Origin: Lama guanicoe
Taxonomy: Eukaryota
Reading direction: 5' to 3'
Length of the DNA stretch: 64,000 nt
NCBI GenBank assembly: GCA_013239625.1
Contig: MU056000.1
Coordinates: forward strand, 10,303,175-10,367,174
Shown here: positions 12,713 to 26,660 of the stretch, piece by piece
How positions within the stretch are numbered: position 1 is the first letter of the stretch
Layout: each line of letters opens with the position of its first letter
Program-made: the position numbers and the translations under genes
Notes under the pieces: generated by a model
What the model saw: only the letters and a program-made list of their open reading frames with translations
What the model was told of the DNA's origin: nothing
Databases searched by the model: none

Positions 12713-15700
12713 TTTAATCTTTCGTCTTAGTGAGAAGCTAACTTTGAGGCTTTAAGAAACATCGGTCTGTAGCTTCTAGTAAAATGCAGACCAAGTAGAG
12801 TTCGTATGTTTTGAACAACGTCACTTCACAGTCTTTGTTTTTCTACAGTACCGACAATGGTGATTCTTCCAGATTTGGGGGTGTGCAGTTGGTCTGCCCC
12901 CCCTGAGAGAATGTCACTATACTCTGTCCCTCTCCAGTTCGTTCCAGTTAATTTTGGAGCATGCTGGTGGCTCCCACCAGTTGTCTGTGCCCTCTTTATG
13001 TTCATCCTGGCACATCCTGGCGACTGTCCTCTGGCCGCTGAGGGTTAATCATCGTGTTGAGCTCAGTAATGCTGCACAGGGCACAGCACTGAGGGGCTCA
13101 CCTCGGTGATCACAGGCCCAGCCGTGTTCTGGGTCCCTCGGGGCCCGCGTGTGACTTTAATGTCACCTCAGGAAGCAAATGCAAGAATTAGGCTATGGTT
13201 TCTCCAGGGATCCAAAGAGAAAGGCGCGGAATTTGCAGATTTTGGCCCAAAGCCAAGGCATCTGCCTTCGTTGCTGGCAAAGCTGCCCGGAGTTCAGAGC
13301 TTCGCTGGACCAGCCCTGCCGAGCACTCGCGTTCAGGTGGAGGTCTTGCTGGGCTGCCTGTTCACCCATTGCCAGGGTGTTTCCTCATTGCATGATATAT
13401 TCAAGTCCTTGAACCTGAGTTGAAAATAAAGTACAGCTTTTTTTTTTCCAAGTTCATCTATTATATACAGAGGAGCCCTGGTGAACTTAAGCTACAAATA
13501 ACATTTGTCCTGAAAGATTACTTTTCACTTGTGCCTTTCCCATGGCGTGTTCTTTACTTCCTGGTGTTCACAATTGCAGGCTGGCTGAGAGGAAAGAACT
13601 ATGTATTTATCACACTTGACTTTGTCCTGAAAACTGCCTGTGGAAGTCAGGTTTGTGCTTGCTTTAAATGTAAGTTCCATTTTGTTCCCTGAGCCTTTTC
13701 GCTCTGATATTCTGTGACATTCTAGCACCTGAGAGGTTACTCCTGCCCCTCAAAGACCCTCCACTTTACTGAGAAGGTGTTTCTTTGTTGAGTAAAACCT
13801 GTTGTGAACTATTGGTGCATAGACAGGGGCTCAGAACCTTATCCATTTTTCCCCTCTTTCCTGAATTTTAATTTTTCCTCTAATGCAAGGAAACTCTTGA
13901 AACTCTCTGTTCCCTTGCAGTGTTAGGACTCAGGCGGTGGACAGGGGAAGGGAAAACCCTCCTTTGGGCTCTCTGAGAAGCCTCTGCCAGAGCCTTCTGT
14001 CCGGGTTCCAGTCCAGGAAATCAGGCAGTGACCTGGGGCTCCGTCCAGGAGGGGAGCCTTCGCCAGGTAGTTGGTCCAACAAGGGACTAGGATCAGAAAC
14101 AAGACGCGGCAGCTGCAGGCTGAGAGACTGGTGCCACCCGGGGAAGCAGGGATCCACTTGGCCCCACGGCCCCCCTTCTTGCTCCAGTGTGAAAAGGAGT
14201 GAGCATGTTGGATTGTTCACATACTGGCGTGTACTGGGCCATGGGTGCTGGTTACTCACGGGTGTCTGCTGACCCAGTGTCTCATTCTGAGCCCAGTCCA
14301 CTTTGAGAGCCGTGCTGGTCTGGAAGGATATGCAGAGAGGAGAAGGTGCGGCTCCTTGTGCCGCAGAACTGGACCTCCTCTTCCAGAGTCACACAAGTGC
14401 AGTCTCGCCTCTCACCCGCCTCAGAACTCCCAAGCGTTAGGGAACGGCCATCATCGTCTGTCCCCGGTCACTTGCCGTTGATCTCTGAAGACTGGCTCTT
14501 GAGCGCCTGTGGTTTTCACTGCTCTGTCCTTCCAGGAGGAGGAATGAACATGTTTACTAATCTCTGCTTCCAAAATTTTCTCAGCCTTAATGCCTCAAGT
14601 TCTGCACAACTCCCCAGTCCAAGCAACTTAAATTTCCATACATTTCAAATGGAAGAGACATGCCTGTTGAGGGGAAATGTCTGTTTGTTTGATTGTGAAT
14701 GATAAGATACTTAAGAATTGAAGCGTGGCTGTGAGTCTTAAGTCCCCAGGTCAGCCAGGAGGGGCTCCGTAGTCCCCGAGAGCACTGCCGGGTCCCAGGT
14801 GTCCGGAAGCATGGCTGGCATTGGCGGTCCGATGGGAGTACTTGCACTTGGTGAGCACTGGGCTGCTTTTGTCCCCCTGGCTGATGCGGGAGGTGGCAGG
14901 AAGGGAACTAAGCGAACAAGAAGTACAATTGCACAGCTCGTTCTTCAAGGAGATACTTTTGGGGCTGAAACTGGCCTCCAGTGTGAACACCGTGTGGTTG
15001 AAAAAACTCCATTCCATGGGAAAGGCGGGTTTGGGGGGCTGCCATCGGGCAGCCTTGGTGTCAGGCGTCTCCTAGTCCCTCTCTGGCTGCCCCCCACAGC
15101 ATTTCAGTCACAGGTGGCGCCCAGATGGCAGGCACATTAAGCAGAAGGTGGACTCAGCTCATGGTTTATGGCTCCTGCCACCTGCCACCACATCAGACTC
15201 TGGGGTCAGGGCCTGGACCTGGAGGTTTCATGTCTGGGCCCCAGCGGGTCCAGCATGCAACCGGATCGAGAAGCCCTGGCCCCCACACCCCTGTGTGTGA
15301 TCCCTGATCGACTGCTGATACAGGATCACGGAATTATCTTTAATCTCTTAGAAAATCCGAGGGATTTTCCCATCCTACTGCCTCACTTGGAAAGCTGTCA
15401 CTTTTCTCCACTTGCTTAGTCTTCGTCACAGAAGGTAAACAGGAATATCAGGAATGTTTATACTTTCCACAAGGCCGCGTGAAAATATCCCTGTTTTTGT
15501 GCTACCCTGGACTGAGGAAGTAGGTCAGCTGTCCTCTTTCTTCGCAGCCAGAACCACCACACGTGCTAGTGTTTGAGAGTTTAGCGCCGGGGTTCAGGTG
15601 CTAACCCAGCAAGCATCCTGGAGCAGTGCAAGGGCCCTGGGCAGGCAGCAGTGCCCAAAGTTGGTGGTGATGGGGTGGAAGGTGGTACACATAGCACTGT

Positions 15701-17059
15701 CTCGGTCAGTAACCTGGGCAGAGGAGTATCTGCGCTTCCTGCCGGGTGCGTGTCTGAAGTGCATCGTGGCAGTCTTTTGACTGTATTCGCCTTTTTTTAA
15801 GAATGAGACAAGAGTCCATCATCAGTCTTAAGGAGGCCCTGCCATCGTGCTCACAGCTGGTTCATTGCATCTGAAAAACTGCCCGTGTGACTGTCGTGGC
15901 ACTGCCTGTCGCCTACAGTCTTCCACCGCCCAGCCTGGTACAGTTGGAGTTGAATTTGGAAAGTGGCTTTCAGCCACCACTGAATTGTTTTTTTGCTAAA
16001 ACTCAGCTTTAAGAGAGGACCTTTCAGTGGTAAGAGTGCCACTTATGGTTGGAGCCTTTAGAAGAGGTGGCGTGTTGAACTTCGCATAGTCTGTGCTTTG
16101 TGTCAAGGGGGCCCGAGTTCTGATCCGTCTTTGTCTTCAGTGACGTTGCAGCCCTGGGCCTGAGTAGAGTGGAACGAGGTGACCCTGAGGGCCTCACCAG
16201 CTCTGATGGTTTAAGGCTGTGTTTCTTTTGCGGTCTTTCTGAATAAAGGCCAATTCCAAACCTCCCCCTTCTCCTCGCACTAATCCCTAATGAGGCAACA
16301 GGTGGGTTTTTTGCTAGTTCGTTGATACATTTAGAAGACAATACCCGCTTAGGGACTTACCCTTAACCTCTCTGAAAGTTGTTTATGGTTATACAGTTTT
16401 TTTGTTTCTAGGATGGTGTAGAGGTCAGTACTTGAAGAAGTTAAAAAGCATGATTTTTTTTTCGCTCCGAGTTGTTCATTAGAACAACAAGGGAACAAAA
16501 ACATGAGAAATAAAATTTCTTGCTTGCTGGTCACTTGGGCCTCTACACCCAGGGGCTTTCATTGAACACACCACGCTGACTGAAAACGATGTTCCCGAAA
16601 TAATCCTCCCCCACTTCCGGTTTCCCACACCACCCGCAGAAAGTGGGCACCGTCGGGATCAGGTCTCCTTCTTGACCAGACTGGCTGTCGTCATAAAAGA
16701 GAAGGACTTATCTTTCATAAAAGCAGTGATACGTGATTGTTATCACTGAAGTGGAGCATTTCCTTTAATCCAAGTTAAAATTAGGAAAGTGAGAGATTTT
16801 CATGAGAAACTACCTGAAATGTAGGTTTTTCTCCAGGCGGCCTCCTTGCCGCCCTTGGAGCTCTCTACCAAGGTTCTCCTGTCCATCCTTCTCTCTGCCT
16901 GAGTGTTTGACTCTCCACTGGACTGTCCAACCAACTTCTTTAAACCTGTTATATTCAAATTCCCTCTCCCACCACCTCCCCAGAAGTCAGTGGAAATGGC
17001 CCAACGTATCCCCCAGGAGACAGCTAAGATGCTTGAGACTCTCTTCACTGCCCTCCACA

Positions 17060-17620
17060 TTTTCTTTCTAACTGTGCTCACATACACATAATGTAGAATT
17101 TACCATCATAACCACTGTGAAGTGCACACATCAGTGGCATCAGGTACACGCACACTGTTGTGTTCTGTCCCCCCACAGCTGTCTGCATCTTCCCAGCTGA
17201 AAAGCTTCCCCACTGAGCACTCACTCCCCACCCCTACCTGCAGCCCCTGCAACCACCGTTCTCCTCTGTCTCTGTGAACTTGACTCCTCTCAGGACTTCA
17301 TCAGTGGAATCACACAGTGTTTGTGGTTTTGTGTCTGACTTACTTCACTTCGCAAAATGTCCTCCAGGTTCATCCGTGCTGGAACCTGTGTCAGAATTTC
17401 TTTCTGTTTTAAGGCTGAATAATATTCCACATGTGGATAGGTTATATTCTGTTATCCATTCATCTGCTGATGGATGCTGGGGCTGCTTCCACCTTTTGGC
17501 TATTGTGAGTAACGCCAGTAAATCCCTCTTCAAATCACTGCTTTCAGTGCTTTGGGGTGTATACTCAGGGGTGGAATCACTGGATCGTATGGTAGTTCTA
17601 TTTTTACTTTTTCAAGCATG
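17060..17620 (-). mobile_element. L1 (L1M-type) 3' fragment
   Basis: Typical antisense L1 3' text (aaggctgaataatattcc, tatccattcatctgctgatgga, ttttggctattgtga); minus-strand ORF shows ORF2 C-terminal-like IAKRWKQPQHPSADEWI. Confidence 0.85.
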
Positions 17621-20600
17621 CCTACCACACTTGCTACCTTTGTCTGAATAATACATTTCAAGCGTCTTCTCTTTTCTCCATCACCACGTTGCCTCTTCCC
17701 ACCAGATCTCCTGCCTCCCTTCTCACCCTCTTATTGCAGCTGAAACACAAATCTGGTCATACTGTGCACCTGTTTGCACCTCTTCAGTGACTTGCTTTTG
17801 GTCACAGAATAAAATCCCAGCTTCCTAACACGTCCTCCACAGCCTTGCACCTCACACTCGTGTGCACGGGGTCACACACACCCTTTCTCCCCTTGGTGTG
17901 GGTCAGCAAGTAACAGGGTGGGGGGATCTTACCCCCTCGCCCCTACCTGACACTCCTGTCCTTTCTCACCAAATAAACAATGAAAAATCCTAAAGGAAAA
18001 AAAACTGAATGTACCCAGTAAGTCTGTGGAGGTGAGGGTGTAATTAACAAGTGTTTCAACACAAGAGCTAACATCGGGGTAACCTAAGAAGGTCCCTGCG
18101 AGATGAGCTCCAGGGACCACTGAAGATGCAGGAGGAGCCGCATAGGAACTCGCTGAAAGTCCGTTAAAACATTTTAACAGGTGTGGGGGTGCAGTTATCG
18201 TGCTAAACTTACAGCTGTGATGGGGGAGTACAGGGGACAGAGCCTGTATACAACACGGTTGCCGGGGACGTAGGGCCTCCTCCCACAGCCGTCGTGGAAA
18301 GGGGGACCCTGAGTGGGGGGCTGTCTCAGCAGGGGTGCTCGTGGGCACACGAGTGCAGGTCAGCATAATCCGTCCTGTCCAGTTCTGTTCTTTTACTTCG
18401 AAGATACACAGGACGTGTGGATACACTCCCTGGGGCCGTTACTCACAGCTGTGTGGAAGGGACACACCACTGGTTCCAGGGGTTGCTCCTCAGAATCACA
18501 CATCATTTCTTAGAGCGAGGGACTCTGCTGCGGTCCCGGGGCCTGGAGGGTATAAGCTCCATGTCTGAGTCTGGGGTAATGACCACTGGCACAGCCACTG
18601 TGCAAGCATAAAATTAGGGCGTGTTTCCCTTAGGCCCCGGGTTGCAGTGCGTCTGAGCCCCTCTCGCCGTCCCTCCAGGGCTGTTGTCCTCACCTGGCCC
18701 TTCAGCCTCCCCATCCCGTCCTGTGAGGTGGGGACTCTGCCCCTTTGCTAGTGGCACCCCCCGCCGCCCACCCCTCACTCCCGTGTCCCTGGGTCTCATG
18801 CCGTACAGATGAGACCAGGTGGCAGGACTCACCAGAAGTTCCAGACAGTGGAAGGGGTGGAGTTGGCAGGCCCAGGCCCAGGCCACCCTGCCTGGCTTCC
18901 CAGCCTGTGCCGTCTTCAGGGTTGAGCTGGGCCCCGACCCCCGGGTGGACTTTAAAGCTGTTTTCCTGCTCAGAATACAAGCAGTTACTAAGATTGCTCT
19001 CTCTCGTCCAGACCACCTTCTCAGTTCCCAGGACAGCGTCAGCCCAGCCCAGCAGAGGAGGGGGAGCCTGGCCTCGCGGGGCTGGGGCCTCGTCCTTTTC
19101 CCTCATCACCTCTACCCAGGAAAGCAGCAGCTCTGTGGAGAGTCAGGTGTTTCTCTGCCTTCACTAGAAGCCTGTGTGACCGGAGAGCGAGCTCCAGGCC
19201 TCCTGCATTTCCCCAAGGATACCGGGGGTGGCTTGATGTAGATCTGTCCAGCCCGAGTATCATCCTTCTCAAATCATGAAACCCTCTGTCCCAAGGATGC
19301 GTCTAGGTCTCTAACTCTTAGGACTGCTTATGGCTTTTAAATGCCCTAATATGTTTTTGGAAAACAGAAGGCATTAAAAAGGCTTTAGTAATATTGAAAT
19401 TTTTAGTTGAATATGTTGTGATTCTGGTATATTTAGACATTGGCTTAATTACTGCTGTTAATCAGAAAACACACCCACCCCAGGAGCACCAGTGCATAGA
19501 TCTTTCAAACCTGTGTCTGCCCACACATTCTTTAAGTATATGTATAATGGAAGATCTATATACTTCGAAAAATTAGCTTGGGAAAGAGCACTTTTTAGTC
19601 TGTTTGAGCAGCTGCTAATGTCAATCCCTGTGGGAAGGAAAACTGAGGAACGTGGAGTTGCACAAGAACAAAGACTCTGTCCCTCTCCTGAGCCCTGTGG
19701 ACCCAGGGCCGTATGGTCAGCCCGAGACCTGTGATTAAGGAGCGTTTTCTGCACAGTGTGTAATTACAGAGCTGCACAAGTGGGCCATGCCTGTGCTGAA
19801 TGCTTCACTTGGAGGTATTTTCACGTTCCAACTTTACAGTAAAGTGTTTATTAAAACAGGAAAAAGGCTGTGAGCAGGCATTGACACCATCCGTATTAGA
19901 TGATCACAAAATTATATATATAGCAAAGCTGTAAACAATGAATGAGAAAACCGTCTTCCCACACTTGATTTCAGCAGCCATGACACAGTGTTTAGGGAAA
20001 GCTATGTAATCGGGAGGGGAGATCACCACGAAAACAGAAGTGCGTCTCGTTCAGGGTGACTCACGGCCCGGCAGGGGCGGCTGCAGGTCCCGGGTGGAGG
20101 TGTCTGCTCCCCACCCTTCTGTGGGCTCCACTGTTTTAACTGTCTCCTTTCTGTCGTATGTTCATATCAGACTTTGCTGTTTATTAGACAATCCAGGGTT
20201 TCTCTTTTAAATGTATTCACTCTACTTGGCACCTGTGGAAGCTGTAAGAAATTACATGGCAGGGATGTTTGGTGAGAGGTCGTTCAAAAGTACCATGTGC
20301 TGGGGTTTTCATTAACTGTTTTGAAAATGAATAAATGCTGTACATGGAGGGGAACAATTGTTACATTTCAGTCCAAATAAGTGGGCATCTACTAGATTGT
20401 GGCTCTGGGGACACCTGATTATACAACACCCAAGCACCCACGGAGAAGATGTGCCAGAAAACCACAGAAAGAGCGTTTGATTTTTGCTTCTGTGTTCCTT
20501 TCTCTGTTCCAAGAAGCATGAGATGATTGGGTGATTATTTTGCGTTCCTAGAGCTAACTTTCCCATCGGCAGTTAGATTTGACTGTAGATCCTGGCAGCT

Positions 20601-20809
20601 GAGCTGCCACGGGCAAGGAGAGGCGGAAATACCCTGGAGACCCCGGCCGATGCTGCAGCAGCGGGCCCTGCGAGCTTCTGAATCACGTATCCCTGGCCAA
20701 ATCTGACAGAAGCCGTGGTACCTACCCCAGGGAAATGTACACAAGTACACAGCTTTTGCATACAACTTCAGCGACCCCCACATTCAGATCTTCCTTGCTA
20801 TAGAAGGGA

Positions 20810-21310
20810 AGAAATGACAAATTTTAAAACTTATTTTTAAATATTTCATGTGGTTCAAAACCAAGAGGTATATAAACTGAGAAATCTGTTTGCCATAGTC
20901 TTATTGTCCGGGTAGAGATCCCATTTTCATTCATTCCCAGCTCCACATCTGATACTCTGTTAGGCGCATACAGACGTGTATTCACTCCTCCTTTCGTGTT
21001 TTTATGTAAAAGGCAGTGTGTCTTGGCCCTGGCTTTTTCACGCTGCCGTATCTTTTAGAAACTGCTTTCGTACAGAGAGAGGCGGATGCCTCATTGTTTT
21101 TTACGGACCTCCAGGACTTCACATGTGCACACAACTCAGGTTATTAACTAGTGTGTAGCGGAGCCCCTGGGTTGCTTCTGGTCTGCTGCTGCTGTAAACG
21201 GGGTCACAGCCCAACCCTCTGTGTGTCCGTCTTTTCATTCATGTGCAAGCCTGTCTGTACTACGGAATTCTGCAGGATTGATGAATTGAAGGGTAAATGC
21301 ATTTGGAAAA
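20810..21310 (-). mobile_element. Old L1 (L1ME-like) fragment
   Basis: Degenerate antisense L1 3' motifs (ctgggttgcttctggtctgctg, gaagggtaaatgcattt). Confidence 0.45.
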
Positions 21311-22661
21311 TCAACTTTTGAAGAAGGATCACCTGAATCTTAAATTAACTACATCAGAAAAAAATCACAGTAAATGTGCTATTTAATGACGTTAGCTTTT
21401 ATGTACTTTTCTCATCTTTATCAGATTTGAGCTATACCGATCACCTGGAGTTCTCTAATTTCATCTTGCACGTTTAGGGAAAAAATAATTCACCCCTTTG
21501 AATAAGGTCACTCTTTAAAATCATTCGTATAAATTGCATCGTAAGCTTCCGGTGACTCCTGTGAGGTGAGCTTTTGATGGACGTTTTCCCACAGAGCTCT
21601 GCACGGGAGCGTGCAGTGAAATATTAACGTGAATAGTATTTCACCTTTTTTCATGCAGTGTCTGCATTTGTATTATAGACTCAGTCAAAGGGGTGCAAAT
21701 TAGGAGTTCGGCCCTAAATGTAGAGTGGTGGCAGTTTCAAAGAATGAGTAACTTCCCTCAGCATGTGTATAAAAATAGCTTTTTGTGGTGCCACTGTTTT
21801 GCCTTCCATCCATGCAAGGCTTCTTATGAATCCAGACCACACTGTCACCTGTGAGAAACACACTCACAAGACAGTGCTGGCTGTAGTTTTTGTAATGGGC
21901 TTTAAAGTCTCTGTGTACTCTCTGTATTTTCTAGGATTCACCTTCTAATCGCAAATATTTCACAATGAATTTTGAAAAATTCTGTTTTTAAAACCCTCCC
22001 CAATCTAACTTTTTTCGTCCTTTACTGACACCCTGAAAGGATTTGGTGGGGGGGTGTGGAGGTCAGTCAGTGGGGTAAAGAGGCTGATCTTTGAACTCTC
22101 ACCCCCACAGCTAGCTCTGTCTAGGAGAAGGTTCTGGCTGCCTTCCTGGCATTCGGTGAGGACTAGAGCGGGGCTACCCTGGAGTCTTCTGAGACACTTC
22201 CGTGCTTGGGCCTTCAAGGCGTGTTATCGTGTGGTCTAACTGGCTGCGGTGCTTTGCACAGCGTGGTCATTCCACAAGGCTGACTATTCAAGGGCGCTGT
22301 CATTTTCCCCCAAAGTTTTCAGCCAAGCTCAGGACGGGGGGCCCAGCATGTTTATTGTCTGAAGGGCCCTTGCAAACATTTGAGAAGATGGTAAATAGGC
22401 TCACGCGCCTTGGCTGCGCTGCGAGACAGCTCTGGAATCTCTGTGTCCTTCTCCATTGTCATGCCTGCAGCCCTGTGTGTTCAGTTGCATCCTTTTCTTC
22501 CCCTACCCCTTCTTCTGAGTCTGTAGAACTTTGAACTTACTAGAAGGAAAGAATATTTAAGTTCTGTTCTTAGAGATAGGTCAGTTTCCTGCTTTCTCAA
22601 AACTAACGAGAGCATTTATGCCCCAGATTATGGAGCAGATGGGTGTCAGTTGGGATGGAGG

Positions 22662-23048
22662 GTGCCTTGGTCATCTCGGGCGGCCGTAACAAGATCCCAC
22701 AGACTGCATGGCGTAAACAGCTCTCCTAGTCCTGGAAGCTCGAGGTCCAAGATCAGTGTCGGCAGGGCTGGTTTCTCCTGAGGCCTCTCTCCTTGGCTTG
22801 CAGACGGCCGCCTCCTTGCTTGTCCTCGCATGCTTCTGCCTCTGTGTGTACCCCGGGGTCTCTCATGTATCCAGATTTCCTGTTCTTACAAGGACACCAG
22901 TCAGATTAGGACGCACCCTAATAGCTTCGTTGCAACCTGATCACCGTTTCAAGACCCTGTCTATGGATCTGGTTACATTCTGAGGTACTGGGGGTTAGGA
23001 CTTGAACATTATAATTGGGGGGAGGGCGGGCACAATCACCGCACAGCA
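22662..23048 (-). mobile_element. MLT1 (ERVL-MaLR) solo LTR
   Basis: MLT1 hallmarks gtccaagatcagtgtcggcagggctggtttctcctgaggcctctctccttggcttgcaga and tcttacaaggacaccagtcagattagg. Confidence 0.85.
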
Positions 23049-23119
23049 GAGGGACTGCCAGAGCCTCAGGAGAGTAACAGCAGTGACAGGAGATGTCGAG
23101 GGCTGGTGGCGTGCCAGGC

Positions 23120-23310
23120 ACTGTGCTGCTTCTCTGAACGTTTAATCCTCAAGAGGCCCCGATGCCAACGTATACCATTATCATCCCTATTTTATGGTAA
23201 GAACATGGAGACACAGGAATTAACTTGACCGGGCTTGGTAGGTGATGGAAAAGGGGATTCTAAAAGCAGCAGTCAGACCTCAGGCTCCAGTTCCCAACCA
23301 CTGCGCATCT
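23120..23310 (-). mobile_element. MIR SINE fragment
   Basis: tttaatcctc...attatcatccctatttta...gagacacag antisense MIR pattern. Confidence 0.55.
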
Positions 23311-26243
23311 GCTCCCTTTACACTGACAAGGGAATGATGCTCTGCATTTACATGTGTGTTCAGCAGCCACGTGCGTGGAAGGAGCCTGTGGTCCGGAGGG
23401 AAGCTGTAGCCTCTGGAGACAGACTGAGTTGCCCAAGGCAGCCCTCATTTGTGGAAGGGCTGATTACAGAAGCCGCTTTCCCAGGTCCACCACACTTGAG
23501 ACCACTTGCCCGCCTGCAACTGAGGTCATTCCTAAGGGCTTCCCATCCCCGCCTCCCGCCACGTCCAGTAGTCACTTCCTCTGAAAAGAGAAACCTTCAG
23601 AACGTTGACACTATTTTCAGTTCTGATTTGACATGAGTCTTCTGTTTTCACTTATGATATGGTAATTCCCACTGCTTTCCATCACCCGAAGGAGCTGCCT
23701 TAATGGAAATCTGTCCCTTTTCCTTCTCCTCTTCCTCCTGCCGGAGTCAGGCACAGAACTTGACCCTCAGTGGTGTTGTTGTGAGGGAATGAATGGAAGA
23801 ACCAATCACAAGAGTCAAAACAAAACAAAAAATTTTTTATCAATTTACATCTGGAAGTAAAACTTTTCTTCTCCACAACCCATATCCCCCTTCTCTTCCT
23901 CAGCTTCTGACCGCCCCCCCACCAGCCACCCGAATCAAAATCTGCCCCTTGGCTATCCTTGGAAGAGCTGGGGAGATAAGCTTCCTGTCAGGTCCACCCT
24001 CCCTGGGTAAGCCTGTGTCCTCGCCCTCTGAAGCATCACAGATTTAGGACATGACAGGCACGTGTGGGCTGCCAGGAGTTGGCGACCTTGCTCTAATTTT
24101 TTGAGCACTATTGTTTTTGTTAGGATTTTGGAAAATACTCTTGTGGAGTTACCATCTCATATTGCCATTCTGCAAATAATCCACATGCTGATGCAAACAG
24201 TGTCACGTGGTGAGTTACAGTGAAGTGGGAAAAAGGAGTCCTTGAATGTTGGTTTTGTTCAAGTTAGAGAAAAACTCACATCGTCTGTGAAAAGATAGTA
24301 AGTAAAGCAATGAAAAGGAGCCTATCGGATTTTTGGCACCCAGATGAAGGGTCTGAACGCCTCAATAAAGGTGCTTTTGTGGGTCGGCAACTGTGCCAGA
24401 AGGCGGCAGGAAATAACGTGCTGAATGGGGCCCTCAGAAGCAGGATTCAGTCCTGCGTCCGCTCCCTCCGGAGCAGGAGGTGTTATCTGCGGGGTAGGAA
24501 ACTGGACAAAACGTCCTCCGAACAGGGGTATCTTTGTGCGTGGAACCTGAGAACCTCCATCCCGGCGGCGCAGCTGTGCTGAGGCCAGCGCCGTGGGCAC
24601 GCCGCGCAGAGGGAAGTGGGGCTGGGGCCGGGGGGCAGGTCAGGAGGCAGCCCGGAGCCGCTGCCGTCCGTCCGTCCGTCCGCGGGGAGGGCTGGGCTGC
24701 TCCAGCCCGTCAGCAGCCGCGCCTGCTCCTCCAAGTAGCTGGGTTTCAGGACCAGCTGGAAGGGAGGCAACTAAAAGTTTATCAGGATCGTTGACAGTGC
24801 TTCAAGTCTCAAGGAAACACTGTTACGTTTTAAAGGAAATTATAAATAATGTTCCTAAGAGTTGTGCCCTTGAGTTTCCATCTCAAAATGTGGCTGCCGT
24901 TGTTTTCCGGATCCCGTCTTTGGCTTATAAGATATTGAGGACCTTTTTATTCAGCATTAACTAAGTGTCTAATTACTATGTTTGCTTCCTCTTCAGAAAG
25001 TGCTGTAATCTTAATAGAAAGACTTTAGGTGCTTTGGCATCTGAATTTTAATTTTACAAACAGCTTTAAGTATAATTTTAGTCCTGATTTAATAAAGCAC
25101 CATTTATTTGTATATAGATCTTCTTCACTGATGTGGGTTTTGTTTTGTTTTGTTTTGAGACCTCCTTTGGCCAAAATGATCTTATGTTTTTGGACAGATT
25201 AATTATAGGCACTAGAATGTTGAGGTTCTCATTTTAAATATTTGAGGAATAATTATCACAAGAAAAACTTACATGAAAGGTGATATTGGAGGTCGTTGAT
25301 TTTGACCAAATTTCTTCTCAATCAATTTAAATGAAAGTACCTTTATTTTCATGAGAATGAGATTGACTAATATAAATTTGCCCACAATTGTGCAAAGAAT
25401 GATTTTTCTGTTTCTTCAGTATATTTTTTTAATAAATCAAAGATACCTTTATTCACAGGTCATTAATTTGCCTAATATGTTTTTTCTCCATAGAAGTTCT
25501 CTAACTTTGCCTACTTTTCTCTGGTATCTTTTTTCACATTCTCAATTTCTTTTTATATAACGTATCAATTATTTTTAGAAAAACTTTTTATTTAAACATC
25601 ATTTTAGATCTTAGAGGGAAGGTGCAGCCCTGAGGCAGCACCGTTAACCAGGACACAGACCTGATTTTGGATTTTGCTTTAGTGTCTTTTTTTCTGGCTC
25701 TGGATCCAATCCAGGACCCACTTCATATTTAGTCTCCTCCAGTCTACTGTGTTCTTCCTCTGCTTTGGTTTTTCATGAACTTGACACTGTTGAGGTATTA
25801 GTCATCCTTTATTTTGTAAGATGTCCCCCCACCAATTAGTTTATTTGATGTTTTCTCGTGATTCAATGGTGCTTACACATTTGGGGCAAGAATACCACAA
25901 AAATGAAGCTGTGCCCTACTCAGTGCATCCTGTGCAAGGTGGGGGCCGCAGGGGGACCTGGACATGCCTGGTGGTGGCGACCTTGAACACCCGGTTAAAG
26001 CAGTGTCTGCAGATTCCCCTACTGAAGTTACTGGTTTTCTGTTTGTAATTAATAAACACCTTGTGGGAGATGTGCTGAAACTATGCGAATGTTCTCTCTC
26101 CTCTTGCCTCTCCCCACTCGTCTTAGCAGCCATCCCTGCAACAGCTATTACAGTGGAGTTTGCCTACTGGTGGTTTTCTGTTTTCCTCATCCCTTTTAAA
26201 TTTATTCGTTAGAATTCTGTCACGAAGAGTGATCCCTCTGCCT

Positions 26244-26284
26244 TATGTATGTATGTATGTATGTATGTATGTATGTATGTATGT
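26244..26284. repeat. (TATG)n tetranucleotide microsatellite, about 10 units
   Basis: Directly visible. Confidence 0.95.
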
Positions 26285-26603
26285 CAGTATGGAGTCATGG
26301 AGATTTATTTTATTCTGTGAGTCATTGTCCAATACTGTCATGTATTTTGTTGTTCAAATTGTTCCAGCTTTGGCCTTTAGGGGTGTCTTCAGGTCAGCTT
26401 CTGTGTACTCAGGACACACCCGCCATGTTGTTTTTGGAGCACTTCCTTGCTTGCTGACAATACGGAATGCTCCCAGCTCATCTGATGTTTTCCTTGCCTC
26501 AGCCCTGGATCATCTGTTCCTTTAGGTCTTCTCAGCAGACACATCTGTTTACCTACCCATGTGTGCACATGTGTCTATGGTCACGTTCTGTCTCCCTCAC
26601 CCC

Positions 26604-26660
26604 ACGTGTGTATATGTGTGTGTACACACACACACACACACGTGTATATACACTGTGTAC
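26604..26660. repeat. (TG)n/(CA)n compound microsatellite
   Basis: gtgtgtatatgtgtgtgtacacacacacacacacacgtgt. Confidence 0.85.
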
